Shown here one piece after another: positions 25,781 through 40,400 of a stretch of 64,000 nucleotides of DNA. A program made the translations under genes and the position numbers. The first letter of the stretch is position 1; every line of letters begins with the position of its first letter. The stretch lies in contig JBHGNT010000039.1 of assembly GCA_043228905.1 (NCBI GenBank), forward strand, positions 62,001 through 126,000, in the 5' to 3' direction. This DNA is from Azolla caroliniana (lineage: Eukaryota > Plantae > Polypodiophyta). Under the pieces are notes generated by a model. The model saw only the letters and a program-made list of their open reading frames with translations, searched no databases and was not told where the DNA came from.

Positions 25781-28700
25781 TGCATGTTTGAACACAAAAA
25801 TCCGATATCACACGAGCCAGGTATGAACATTGTAATTTACCTACTAGCTCTTCTCAACTCACTCCTGAAATTTGGTAATTTCGTCATGTCTCTCGACCTT
25901 AGTTTCAAAATCTTGATTTTTTAATTCCATATCATAGCTAGCGTTGTTAGCTTCGATTCGCATGTTTGAACACAAAAATCCGATATCACACGAGCTAGGT
26001 ATGAACATTTTTATTTACTCAAGGGCTCCTCTCAACTCCCTCGTCAAGGTTGCTAATTTCGTCATGTCTCTCGACCTTAGTTTCAAAATCTTGATTTTTT
26101 TAATTCCATATCATAGCTAGCGTTGTTGGCTTCGATTTGCATGTTTGAACACAAAAATCCGATATCACACGAGCCAGGTATGAACATTGTAATTTACCTA
26201 CTAGCTCTTCTCAACTCCCTCGTCAAGGTTGCTAATTTCGTTATGTCTCTCGACCTTAGTTTCAAAATCTTGATTTTTTAATTCCATATCATAGCTAGCG
26301 TTGTTAGCTTCGATTCGCATGTTTGAACACAAAAATCTGATATCACACGAGCCAGGTATGAACATTTTAATTTACTCAAGGGCTCCTCTCAACTCACTCC
26401 TCAAATTTGCTAATTTCGTCATGTCTCTCGACCTGAGTTTCAAAATCTTGATTTTTTAATTCCATATCATAGCTAGCGTTGTTAGCTTCGATTCGCATGT
26501 TTGAACACAAAAATCCGATATCACACGTGCTAGGTATAACCAATTTAATTTACTCAAGGGCTCCTCTCAACTCCCTCCTCAAATTTGGTAATTTCGTCAT
26601 GTCTCTCGACCTTAGTTTCAAAATCTTGATTTTTTTAATTCCATATCATAGCTAGCGTTGTTAGCTTCGATTCGCATGTTTGAACACAAAAATCCGATAT
26701 CACACGAGCCAGGTATGAACATTTTAATTTACTCAAGGGCTCCTCTCAACTCCCTCCTCAAATTTGCTAATTTCGTCATGTCTCTCGACCTTAGTTTCAA
26801 AATCTTGATTTTTTAATTCCATATCATAGCTAGCGTTGCTAGCTTCGATTCGCATGTTTGCACACAAAAATCCGATATCACACGAGCAAGGTATGAACAG
26901 TGTAATTTACTCAAGGGCTCTTCTCAACTCACTCCTCAAATTTGCTAATTTCGTCATGTCTCTCGACCTTAGTTTCAAAATCTTGATTTTTTAAATCCAT
27001 ATCATAGCTAGCGTTGTTGGCTTCGATTTGCATGTTTGAACACAAAAATCCGATATCACACGAGCCAGGTATGAACATTGTAATTTACCTACTAGCTCTT
27101 CTCAACTCACTCCTCAAATTTGGTAATTTCGTCATGTCTCTCGACCTTAGTTTCAAAATCTTGATTTTTTAATTCCATATCATAGCTAGCGTTGTTAGCT
27201 TCGATTCGCATGTTTGAACACAAAAATCCGATATCACACGAGCTAGGTATGAACATTTTTATTTACTCAAGGGCTCCTCTCAACTCCCTCGTCAAGGTTG
27301 CTAATTTCGTCATGTCTCTCGACCTTAGTTTCAAAATCTTGATTTTTTTAATTCCATATCATAGCTAGCGTTGTTGGCTTCGATTCGCATGTTTGAACAC
27401 AAAAATCCGATATCACACGAGCTAGGTATGAACATTTTTATTTACTCAAGGGCTCCTCTCAACTCCCTCGTCAAGGTTGCTAATTTCGTCATGTCTCTCG
27501 ACCTTAGTTTCAAAATCTTGATTTTTTAATTCCATATCATAGCTAACGTTGTTAGCTTCGATTCGCATGTTTGAACAAAGAAATCCGATATCACACGAGC
27601 CATGTATGAACATTTTAATTTACTCAAGGGCTCCTCTCAACTCCCTCCTCAAATTTTGTAATTTCGTCATGTCTCTCGACCTGGGTTTCAAAATCTTGAT
27701 TTTTTAATTCCATATCATAGCTAGTGTTGTTAGCTTCGATTCGCATGTTTGAACACAAAAATCCGATATCACACGAGCCAGGTATGAACCAATTTAATTT
27801 ACTCAAGGGCTCCTCTCAACTCCCTCCTCAAATTTGCTAATTTCGTCATGTCTCTCGACCTTAGTTTCAAAATCTTGATTTTTTAACTCCATATCATAGC
27901 TAGCGTTGTTAGCTTCGATTCGCATGTTTGAACACAAAAATCCGATATCACACGAGCCAGGTATGAACCAATTTAATTTACTCAAGGGCTCCTCTCAACT
28001 CCCTCCTCAAATTTGCTAATTTCGTCATGTCTCTCGACCTTAGTTTCAAAATCTTGATTTTTTAATTCCATATCATAGCTAGCGTTGTTAGCTTCGATTC
28101 GCATGTTTGCACACAAAAATCCGATATCACACGAGCAAGGTATGAACAGTGTAATTTACTCAAGGGCTCTTCTCAACTCACTCCTCAAATTTGCTAATTT
28201 CGTCATATCTCTCGACCTGAGTTTCAAAATCTTGATTTTTTAAATCCATATCATAGCTAGCGTTGTTGGCTTCGATTCGCATGTTTGAACACAAAAATCC
28301 GATATCACACGAGCCAGGTATGAACATTGTAATTTACCTACTAGCTCTTCTCAACTCCCTCCTCAAATTTGCTAATTTCGTCATGTCTCTCGACCTTAGT
28401 TTCAAAATCTTGATTTTTTAATTCCATATCATAGCTAGCGTTGTTAGCTTCGTTTCGCATGTTTGAACACAAAAATCCGATATCACACGAGCTAGGTATG
28501 AACATTTTTATTTACTCAAGGGTTCCTCTCAACTCCCTCGTCAAGGTTGCTAATTTCGTCATACCTCTCGACCTGAGTTTCAAAATTTCGATTTTTTAAA
28601 TCCATATCATAGCTAGCGTTGTTGGCTTCGATTCGCATGTTTGAACACAAAAATCCGATATCACACGAGCCAGGTATGAACATTGTAATTTACCTACTAG

Positions 28701-31499
28701 CTCTTCTCAACTCCCTCCTCAAATTTGGTAATTTCGTCATGTCTCTCGACCTTAGTTTCAAAATCTTGATTTTTTAATTCCATATCATAGCTAGCGTTGT
28801 TAGCTTCGATTCGCATGTTTGAACACAAAAATCCGATATCACACGAGCTAGGTATGAACATTTTTATTTACTCAAGGGCTCCTCTCAACTCCCTCGTCAA
28901 GGTTGCTAATTTCGTCATGTCTCTCGACCTGAGTTTCAAAATCTTGATTTTTTAATTCCATATCATAGCTAACGTTGTTAGCTTCGATTCGCATGTTTGA
29001 ACACAGAAATCCGATATCACACGAGCCAGGTATGAACATTGTAATTTACCTACTAGCTCTTCTCAACTCCCTCGTCAAGGTTGCTAATTTCGTTATGTCT
29101 CTCGACCTTAGTTTCAAAATCTTGATTTTTTAATTCCATATCATAGCTAGCGTTGTTAGCTTCGATTCGCATGTTTGAACACAAAAATCTGATATCACAC
29201 GAGCCAGGTATAAACATTTTAATTTACTCAAGGGCTCCTCTCAACTCACTCCTCAAATTTGCTAATTTCGTCATGTCTCTCGACCTGAGTTTCAACATCT
29301 TGATTTTTTAATTCCATATCATAGCTAGCGTTGTTAGCTTCGATTCGCATGTTTGAACACAAAAATCCGATATCACACGTGCTAGGTATAACCAATTTAA
29401 TTTACTCAAGGGCTCCTCTCAACTCACTCCTCAAATTTGCTAATTTCGTCATGTCTCTCGACCTTAGTTTCAAAATCTTGATTTTTTAATTCCATATCAT
29501 AGCTAGCGTTGTTAGCTTCGATTCGCATGTTTGAACACAAAAATCCGATATCACACGAGCCAGGCATGAACAGTGTAATTTACTCAAGGGCTCCTCTCAA
29601 CTCACTCCTCAAATTTGCTAATTTCGTCATGTCTCTCGACCTTAGTTTCAAAATCTTGATTTTTTAATTCTATATCATAGCTAGCGTTGTTAGCTTCGAT
29701 TCGCATGTTTGAACACAAAAATCCGATATCACACGAGCTAGGTATGACCATTTTAATTTACTCAAGGGCTCCTCTCAACTCCCTCGTCAAGGTTGCTAAT
29801 TTCGTCATATCTCTCGACCTGAGTTTCAAAATCTTGATTTTTTAAATCCATATCATAGCTAGCGTTTTTGGCTTCGATTTGCATGTTTGAACACAAAAAT
29901 CCGATATCACACGAGCCAGGTATGAAGATTGTAATTTACCTACTAGCTCTTCTCAACTCCCTCCTTAAATTTGGTAATTTTGGCATGTCTCTCGACCTTA
30001 GTTTCAAAATTTTGATTTTTTAATTGCATATCATAGCTAGCGTTGTTAGCTTCGATTCGAATGTTTGAACACAAAAATCCGATATCACACGAGCTAGGTA
30101 TGAACATTTTTATTTACTCAAGGGCTCCTCTCAACTCCCTCGTCAAGGTTGCTAATTTCGTCATGTCTCTCGACCTTAGTTTCAAAATCTTGATTTTTTT
30201 TAATTCCATATCATAGCTAGCGTTGTTAGCTTCGATTCGCATGTTTGAACACAAAAATCCGATATCACACGAGCTAGGTATAAACATTTTTATTTACTCA
30301 AGGGCTCCTCTCAACTCCCTCGTCAAGGTTGCTAATTTGGTCATGTCTCTCGACCTGAGTTTCAAAATCTTGATTTTTTAATTCCATATCATAGCTAGCG
30401 TTGTTAGCTTCGATTCGCATGTTTGTACACAAAAATCCGATATCACACGAGCCAGGTATGAACATTGTAATTTACCTACTAGCTCTTCTCAACTCCCTCC
30501 TCAAATTTGGTAATTTCGTCATGTCTCTCGACCTGAGTTTCAAAATCTTGATTTTTTAATTCCATATCATAGCTAGCGTTGTTAGCTTCGATTCGCATGT
30601 TTGTACACAAAAATCCGATATCACACGAGCCAGGTATGAACATTGTAATTTACCTACTAGCTCTTCTCAACTCCCTCCTCAAATTTGGTAATTTCGTCAT
30701 GTCTCTCGACCTTAGTTTCAAAATCTTGATTTTTTAATTCCATATCATAGCTAGCGTTGTTAGCTTCGATTCGCATGTTTGAACACAAAAATCCGATATC
30801 ACACGAGTTAGGTATCAACATTTTTATTTACTCAAGGGTTCCTCTCAACTCCCTCGTCAAGGTTGCTAATTTCGTCATATCTCTCGACCTGAGTTTCAAA
30901 ATCTTGATTTTTTAAATCCATATCATAGCTAGCGTTGTTGGCTTCGATTCGCATGTTTGAACACAAAAATCCGATATCACACGAGCCAGGTATGAACATT
31001 GTAATTTACCTACTAGCTCTTCTCAACTCCCTCCTCAAATTTGCTAATTTCGTCATGTCTCTCGACCTTAGTTTCAAAATCTTGATTTTTTAATTCCATA
31101 TCATAGCTAGCGTTGTTAGCTTCGATTCGCATGTTTGAACACAAAAATCCGATATCACACGAGCTAGGTATGAACATTTTTATTTACTCAAGGGTTCCTC
31201 TCAACTCCCTCGTCAAGGTTGCTAATTTCGTCATACCTCTCGACCTGAGTTTCAAAATCTTGATTTTTTAAATCCATATCATAGCTAGCGTTGTTGGCTT
31301 CGATTCGCATGTTTGAACACAAAAATCCGATATCACACGAGCCAGGTATGAACATTGTAATTTACCTACTAGCTCTTCTCAACTCCCTCCTCAAATTTGG
31401 TAATTTCGTCATGTCTCTCGACCTTAGTTTCAAAATCTTGATTTTTTAATTCCATATCATAGCTAGTGTTGTTAGCTTCGATTCGCATGTTTGAACACA

Positions 31500-34400
31500 A
31501 AAATCCGATATCACACGAGCCAGGTATGAACATTTTAATTTACTCAAGGGCTCCTCTCAACTCACTCCTCAAACTTGCTAATTTCGTCATGTCTCTTGAC
31601 CTGAGTTTCAAAATCTTGATTTTTTAATTCCATATCATAGCTAGCGTTGTTAGCTTCCATTCGCATGTTTGAACAGAAAAATCCGATATCACACGAGCCA
31701 GGTATGAACATTTTAATTCACTCACGCGCTCTTCCAACCTCACTCCTCAAATTTGGTAATTTTTCGTGTCTCTCGACTTGAGTTGCAAAATCTTGATTTT
31801 TTAATTCCAAATCATAGCTAGCGTTGTTAGCTTCGTTTCGCATGTTTGAACACAAAAATCCAATATCACACGAACCAGATATGAACATTATAATTTACCT
31901 ACTAGCTCTTCTCAACTCCCTCCTAAAATTTGGAAATTTCGTCATGTCCCTCGACCTGAGTTTCAAAATCTTGATTTTTTAATTCCATATCATAGCTAGC
32001 GTTGTTAGCTTCGATTCGCATGTTTGTACACAAAAATCCGATATCACACGAGCCAGGTATGAACATTGTAATTTACCTACTAGCTCTTCTCAACTCCCTC
32101 CTCAAATTTGGTAATTTCGTCATGTCTCTCGACCTTAGTTTCAAAATCTTGATTTTTTAATTCCATATCATAGCTAGCGTTGTTAGCTTCGATTCGCATG
32201 TTTGAACACAAAAATCCGATATCACACGAGTTAGGGCTCTTCTCAACTCACTCCTCAAATTTGCTAATTTCGTCATGTCTCTCGACGTTAGTTTCAAAAT
32301 CTTGATTTTTTAATTCCATATCATAGCTAGCGTTGTTAGCTTCGATTCGCATGTTTGAACACAAAAATCCGATATCACACGAGTTAGGTATCAACATTTT
32401 TATTTACTCAAGGGTTCCTCTCAACTCCCTCGTCAAGGTTGCTAATTTCGTCATATCTCTGGACCTGAGTTTCAAAATCTTGATTTTTTAAATCCATATC
32501 ATAGCTAGCGTTGTTGGCTTCGATTCGCATGTTTGAACACAAAAATCCGATATCACACGAGCCAGGTATGAACATTGTAATTTACCTACTAGCTCTTCTC
32601 AACTCCCTCCTCAAATTTGGTAATTTCGTCATGTCTCTCTACCTTAGTTTCAAAATCTTGATTTTTTAATTCCATATCATAGCTAGCGTTGTTAGCTTCG
32701 ATTCGCATGTTTGAACACAAAAATCCGATATCACACGAGCCAGGTATGAACATTTTAATTTACTCAAGGGCTCCTCTCAACTCACTCCTCAAATTTGCTA
32801 ATTTCGTCATGTCTCTCGACCTGAGTTTCAAAATCTTGATTTTTTAATTCCATATCATAGCTAGCGTTGTTAGCTTCGATTCGCATGTTTGAACACAAAA
32901 ATCCGATATCACACGAGCCAGGTATGAACATTTTAATTTACTCAAGGGCTCTTCTCAACTCACTCCTCAAATTTGGTAATTTCGTCATGTCTCTCGATCT
33001 GAGTTTCAAAATCTTGATTTTTTAATTCCATATCATAGCTAGCGTTGTTGGCTTCGATTTGCATGTTTGAACACAAAAATCCGATATCACACGTGCTAGG
33101 TATAACCAATTTAATTTACTCAAGGGCTCCTCTCAACTCACTCCTCAAATTTGCTAATTTCGTCATGTCTCTCGACCTTAGTTTCAAAATCTTGATTTTT
33201 TAAATCCATATCATAGCTAGCGTTGTTGGCTTCGATTCGCATGTTTGAACACAAAAATCCGATATCACACGAGCCAGGTATGAACATTGTAGTTTACCTA
33301 CTAGCTCTTCTCAACTCCCTCCTCAAATTTGGTAATTTCGTCATGTCTCTCTACCTTAGTTTCAAAATCTTGATTTTTTAATTCCATATCATAGCTAGCG
33401 TTGTTAGCTTCGATTCGCATGTTTGAACACAAAAATCCGATATCACACGAGCCAGGTATGAACATTTTAATTTACTCAAGGGCTCCTCTTAACTCCCTCG
33501 TCAAGGTTGCTAATTTCGTCATGTCTCTCGACGTTAGTTTCAAAATCTTGATTTTTTAATTCCATATCATAGCTAGCGTTGTTAGCTTCGATTCGCATGT
33601 TTGAACACAAAAATCCGATATCACACGAGCCAGGTATGAACATTTTAATTTACTCAAGGGCTCCTCTCAACTCACTCCTCAAATTTGCTAATTTCGTCAT
33701 GTCTCTCGACCTTAGTTTCAAAATCTTGATTTTTTAATTCCATATCATAGCTAGCGTTGTTAGCTTCGATTCGCATGTTTGAACACAAAAATCCGATATC
33801 ACACGAGCCAGGTATGAACATTTTAATTTACTCAAGGGCTCCTCTCAACTCACTCCTCAAATTTGGTAATTTCGTCATGTCTCTCGACCTGAGTTTCAAC
33901 ATCTTGATTTTTTAATTCCATATCATAGCTAGCGTTGTTAGCTTCGATTCGCATGTTTGAACACAAAAATCCGATATCACACGAACCAGGTATAACCAAT
34001 TTAATTTACTCAAGGGCTCCTCTCAACTCACTCATCAAATTTGCTAATTTCGTCATGTCTCTCGACCTTAGTTTCAAAATCTTGATTTTTTAAATCCATA
34101 TCATAGCTAGCGTTGTTGGCTTCGATTCGCATGTTTGAACACAAAAATCCGATATCACACGAGCCAGGTATGAACATTGTAGTTTACCTACTAGCTCTTC
34201 TCAACTCCCTCCTCAAATTTGCTAATTTCGTCATGTCTCTCGACCTTAGTTTCAAAATCTTGATTTTTTTAATTCCATATCATAGCTAGCGTTGTTAGCT
34301 TCGATTCGCATGTTTGAACACAAAAATCCGATATCACACGAGCCAGGTATGAACATTTTAATTTACTCAAGGGCTCCTCTCAACTCACTCCTCAAATTTG

Positions 34401-37400
34401 GTAATTTCGTCATGTCTCTCGACCTGAGTTTCAAAATCTTGATTTTTTAATTCCATATCATAGCTAGCGTTGTTAGCTTCGATTCGCATGTTTGAACACA
34501 AAAATCCGATATCACACGAGCCAGGTATGAACATTTTAATTTACTCAAGGGCTCCTCTCAACTCACTCCTCAAATTTGGTAATTTCGTCATGTCTCTCGA
34601 CCTGAGTTTCAACATCTTGATTTTTTAATTCCATATCATAGCTAGCGTTGTTAGCTTCGATTCGCATGTTTGAACACAAAAATCCGATATCACACGTGCT
34701 AGGTATAACCAATTTAATTTACTCAAGGGCTCCTCTCAACTCCCTCGTCAAGGTTGCTAATTTCGTCATATCTCTCGACCGGAGTTTCAAAATCTTGATT
34801 TTTTAAATCCATATCATAGCTAGCGTTGTTGGCTTCGATTTGCATGTTTGAACACAAAAATCCGATATCACACGAGCCAGGTATGAACATTGTAATTTAC
34901 CTACTAGCTCTTCTCAACTCCCTCCTCAAATTTGCTAATTTCGTCATGTCTCTCGACCTTAGTTTCAAAATCTTGATTTTTTAATTCCATATCATAGCTA
35001 GCGTTGTTAGCTTCGATTCGCATGTTTGAACACAAAAATCCGATATCACACGAGCTAGGTATGAACATTTTTATTTACTCAAGGGTTCCTCTCAACTCCC
35101 TCGTCAAGGTTGCTAATTTCGTCATACCTGTCGACCTGAGTTTCAAAATCTTGATTTTTTAAATCCATATCATAGCTAGCGTTGTTGGCTTCGATTCGCA
35201 TGTTTGAACACAAAAATCCGATATCACACGAGCCAGGTATGAACATTGTAATTTACCTACTAGCTCTTCTCAACTCCCTCCTCAAATTTGCTAATTTCGT
35301 CATGTCTCTCGACCTTAGTTTCAAAATCTTGATTTTTTAATTCCATATCATAGCTAGTGTTGTTAGCTTCGATTCGCATGTTTGAACACAAAAATCCGAT
35401 ATCACACGAGCCAGGTATGAACATTTTAATTTACTCAAGGGCTCCTCTCAACTCACTCCTCAAACTTGCTAATTTCGTCATGTCTCTTGACCTGAGTTTC
35501 AAAATCTTGTTTTTTTTATTTCATATCATAGCTAGCGTTGTTAGCTTCCATTCGCATGTTTGAACACAAAAATCCGATATCACACGAGCCAGGTATGAAC
35601 ATTTTAATTCACTCACGCGCTCTTCCAACCTCACTCCTCAAATTTGGTAATTCCATATCATAGCTAGCGTTGTTAGCTTCGTTTCGCATGTTTGAACACA
35701 AAAATCCAATATCACACGAACCAGATATGAACATTATAATTTACCTACTAGCTCTTCTCAACTCCCTCCTGAAATTTGGAAATTTCGTCATGTCCCTCGA
35801 CCTGAGTTTCAAAATCTTGATTTTTTAATTCCATATCATAGCTAGCGTTGTTAGCTTCGATTCGCATGTTTGTACACAAAAATCCGATATCACACGAGCC
35901 AGGTATGAACATTGTAATTTACCTACTAGCTCTTCTCAACTCCCTCCTCAAATTTGGTAATTTCGTCATGTCTCTCGACCTTAGTTTCAAAATCTTGATT
36001 TTTTAATTCCATATCATAGCTAGTGTTGTTAGCTTCGATTCGCATGTTTGAACACAAAAATCCGATATCACACGAGCCAGGTATGAACATTTTAATTTAC
36101 TCAAGGGCTCCTTTCAACTCACTCCTCAAACTTGCTAATTTCGTCATGTCTCTTGACCTGAGTTTCAAAATCTTGTTTTTTTTATTCCATATCATAGCTA
36201 GCGTTGTTAGCTTCCATTCGCATGTTTGAACACAAAAATCCGATATCACACGAGCCAGGTATGAACATTTTAATTCACTCACGCGCTCTTCCAACCTCAC
36301 TCCTCAAATTTGGTAATTTTTCATGTCTCTCGACTTGAGTTGCAAAATCTTGATTTTTTAATTCCATATCATAGCTAGCGTTGTTAGCTTCGTTTCGCAT
36401 GTTTGAACACAAAAATCCAATATCACACGAACCAGATATGAACATTATAATTTACCTACTAGCTCTTCTCAACTCCCTCCTGAAATTTGGAAATTTCGTC
36501 ATGTCCCTCGACCTGAGTTTCAAAATCTTGATTTTTTAATTCCATATCATAGCTAGCGTTGTTAGCTTCGATTCGCATGTTTGTACACAAAAATCCGATA
36601 TCACACGAGCCAGGTATGAACATTGTAATTTACCTACTAGCTCTTCTCAACTCCCTCCTCAAATTTGGTAATTTCGTCATGTCTCTCGACCTTAGTTTCA
36701 AAATCTTGATTTTTTAATTCCATATCATAGCTAGCGTTGTTAGCTTCGATTCGCATGTTTGAACACAAAAATCCGATATCACACGAGTTAGGGCTCTTCT
36801 CAACTCACTCCTCAAATTTGCTAATTTCGTCATGTCTCTCGACGTTAGTTTCAAAATCTTGATTTTTTAATTCCATATCATAGCTAGCGTTGTTAGCTTC
36901 GATTCGCATGTTTGAACACAAAAATCCGATATCACACGAGTTAGGTATCAACATTTTTATTTACTCAAGGGTTCCTCTCAACTCCCTCGTCAAGGTTGCT
37001 AATTTCGTCATATCTCTGGACCTGAGTTTCAAAATCTTGATTTTTTAAATCCATATCATAGCTAGCGTTGTTGGCTTCGATTCGCATGTTTGAACACAAA
37101 AATCCGATATCACACGAGCCAGGTATGAACATTGTAATTTACCTACTAGCTCTTCTCAACTCCCTCCTCAAATTTGGTAATTTCGTCATGTCTCTCTACC
37201 TTAGTTTCAAAATCTTGATTTTTTAATTCCATATCATAGCTAGCGTTGTTAGCTTCGATTCGCATGTTTGAACACAAAAATCCGATATCACACGAGCCAG
37301 GTATGAACATTTTAATTTACTCAAGGGCTCCTCTCAACTCACTCCTCAAATTTGCTAATTTCGTCATGTCTCTCGACCTTAGTTTCAAAATCTTGATTTT

Positions 37401-40400
37401 TTAATTCCATATCATAGCTAGCGTTGTTAGCTTCGATTCGCATGTTTGAACACAAAAATCCGATATCACACGAGCCAGGTATGAACATTTTAATTTACTC
37501 AAGGGCTCTTCTCAACTCACTCCTCAAATTTGGTAATTTCGTCATGTCTCTCGACCTGAGTTTCAACATCTTGATTTTTTAATTCCATATCATAGCTAGC
37601 GTTGTTAGCTTCGATTCGCATGTTTGAACACAAAAATCCGATATCACACGTGCTAGGTATAACCAATTTAATTTACTCAAGGGCTCCTCTCAACTCCCTC
37701 GTCAAGGTTGCTAATTTCGTCATATCTCTCGACCTGAGTTTCAAAATCTTGATTTTTTAAATCCATATCATAGCTAGCGTTGTTGGCTTCGATTTGCATG
37801 TTTGAACACAAAAATCCGATATCACACGAGCCAGGTATGAACATTGTAATTTACCTACTAGCTCTTCTCAACTCCCTCCTCAAATTTGCTAATTTCGTCA
37901 TGTCTCTCGACCTTAGTTTCAAAATCTTGATTTTTTAATTCCATATCATAGCTAGCGTTGTTAGCTTCGATTCGCATGTTTGAACACAAAAATCCGATAT
38001 CACACGAGCTAGGTATGAACATTTTTATTTACTCAAGGGTTCCTCTCAACTCCCTCGTCAAGGTTGCTAATTTCGTCATACCTCTCGACCTGAGTTTCAA
38101 AATCTTGATTTTTTAAATCCATATCATAGCTAGCGTTGTTGGCTTCGATTCGCATGTTTGAACACAAAAATCCGATATCACACGAGCCAGGTATGAACAT
38201 TGTAATTTACCTACTAGCTCTTCTCAACTCCCTCCTCAAATTTGGTAATTTCGTCATGTCTCTCGACCTTAGTTTCAAAATCTTGATTTTTTAATTCCAT
38301 ATCATAGCTAGTGTTGTTAGCTTCGATTCGTATGTTTGAACACAAAAATCCGATATCACACGAGCCAGGTATGAACATTTTAATTTACTCAAGGGCTCCT
38401 CTCAACTCACTCCTCAAACTTGCTAATTTCGTCATGTCTCTTGACCTGAGTTTCAAAATCTTGTTTTTTTTATTCCATATCATAGCTAGCGTTGTTAGCT
38501 TCCATTCGCATGTTTGAACACAAAAATCCGATATCACACGAGCCAGGTATGAACATTTTAATTCACTCACGCGCTCTTCCAACCTCACTCCTCAAATTTG
38601 GTAATTCCAGATCATAGCTAGCGTTGTTAGCTTCGTTTCGCATGTTTGAACACAAAAATCCAATATCACACGAACCAGATATGAACATTATAATTTACCT
38701 ACTAGCTCTTCTCAACTCCCTCCTGAAATTTGGAAATTTCGTCATGTCCCTCGACCTGAGTTTCAAAATCTTGATTTTTTAATTCCATATCATAGCTAGC
38801 GTTGTTAGCTTCGATTCGCATGTTTGTACACAAAAATCCGATATCACACGAGCCAGGTATGAACATTGTAATTTACCTACTAGCTCTTCTCAACTCCCTC
38901 CTCAAATTTGGTAATTTCGTCATGTCTCTCGACCTTAGTTTCAAAATCTTGATTTTTTAATTCCATATCATAGCTAGTGTTGTTAGCTTCGATTCGCATG
39001 TTTGAACACAAAAATCCGATATCACACGAGCCAGGTATGAACATTTTAATTTACTCAAGGGCTCCTCTCAACTCACTCCTCAAACTTGCTAATTTCGTCA
39101 TGTCTCTTGACCTGAGTTTCAAAATCTTGTTTTTTTTATTCCATATCATAGCTAGCGTTGTTAGCTTCCATTCGCATGTTTGAACACAAAAATCCGATAT
39201 CACACGAGCCAGGTATGAACATTTTAATTCACTCACGCGCTCTTCCAACCTCACTCCTCAAATTTGGTAATTTTTCATGTCTCTCGACTTGAGTTGCAAA
39301 ATCTTGATTTTTTAATTCCATATCATAGCTAGCGTTGTTAGCTTCGTTTCGCATGTTTGAACACAAAAATCCAATATCACACGAACCAGATATGAACATT
39401 ATAATTTACCTACTAGCTCTTCTCAACTCCCTCCTGAAATTTGGAAATTTCGTCATGTCCCTCGACCTGAGTTTCAAAATCTTGATTTTTTAATTCCATA
39501 TCATAGCTAGCGTTGTTAGCTTCGATTCGCATGTTTGTACACAAAAATCCGATATCACACGAGCCAGGTATGAACATTGTAATTTACCTACTAGCTCTTC
39601 TCAACTCCCTCCTCAAATTTGGTAATTTCGTCATGTCTCTCGACCTTAGTTTCAAAATCTTGATTTTTTAATTCCATATCATAGCTAGCGTTGTTAGCTT
39701 CGATTCGCATGTTTGAACACAAAAATCCGATATCACACGAGTTAGGGCTCTTCTCAACTCACTCCTCAAATTTGCTAATTTCGTCATGTCTCTCGACGTT
39801 AGTTTCAAAATCTTGATTTTTTAATTCCATATCATAGCTAGCGTTGTTAGCTTCGATTCGCATGTTTGAACACAAAAATCCGATATCACACGAGTTAGGT
39901 ATCAACATTTTTATTTACTCAAGGGTTCCTCTCAACTCCCTCGTCAAGGTTGCTAATTTCGTCATATCTCTGGACCTGAGTTTCAAAATCTTGATTTTTT
40001 AAATCCATATCATAGCTAGCGTTGTTGGCTTCGATTCGCATGTTTGAACACAAAAATCCGATATCACACGAGCCAGGTATGAACATTGTAATTTACCTAC
40101 TAGCTCTTCTCAACTCCCTCCTCAAATTTGGTAATTTCGTCATGTCTCTCTACCTTAGTTTCAAAATCTTGATTTTTTAATTCCATATCATAGCTAGCGT
40201 TGTTAGCTTCGATTCGCATGTTTGAACACAAAAATCCGATATCACACGAGCTAGGTATGAACATTTTTATTTACTCAAGGGTTCCTCTCAACTCCCTCGT
40301 CAAGGTTGCTAATTTCGTCATACCTCTCGACCTGAGTTTCAAAATCTTGATTTTTTAAATCCATATCATAGCTAGCGTTGTTGGCTTCGATTCGCATGTT

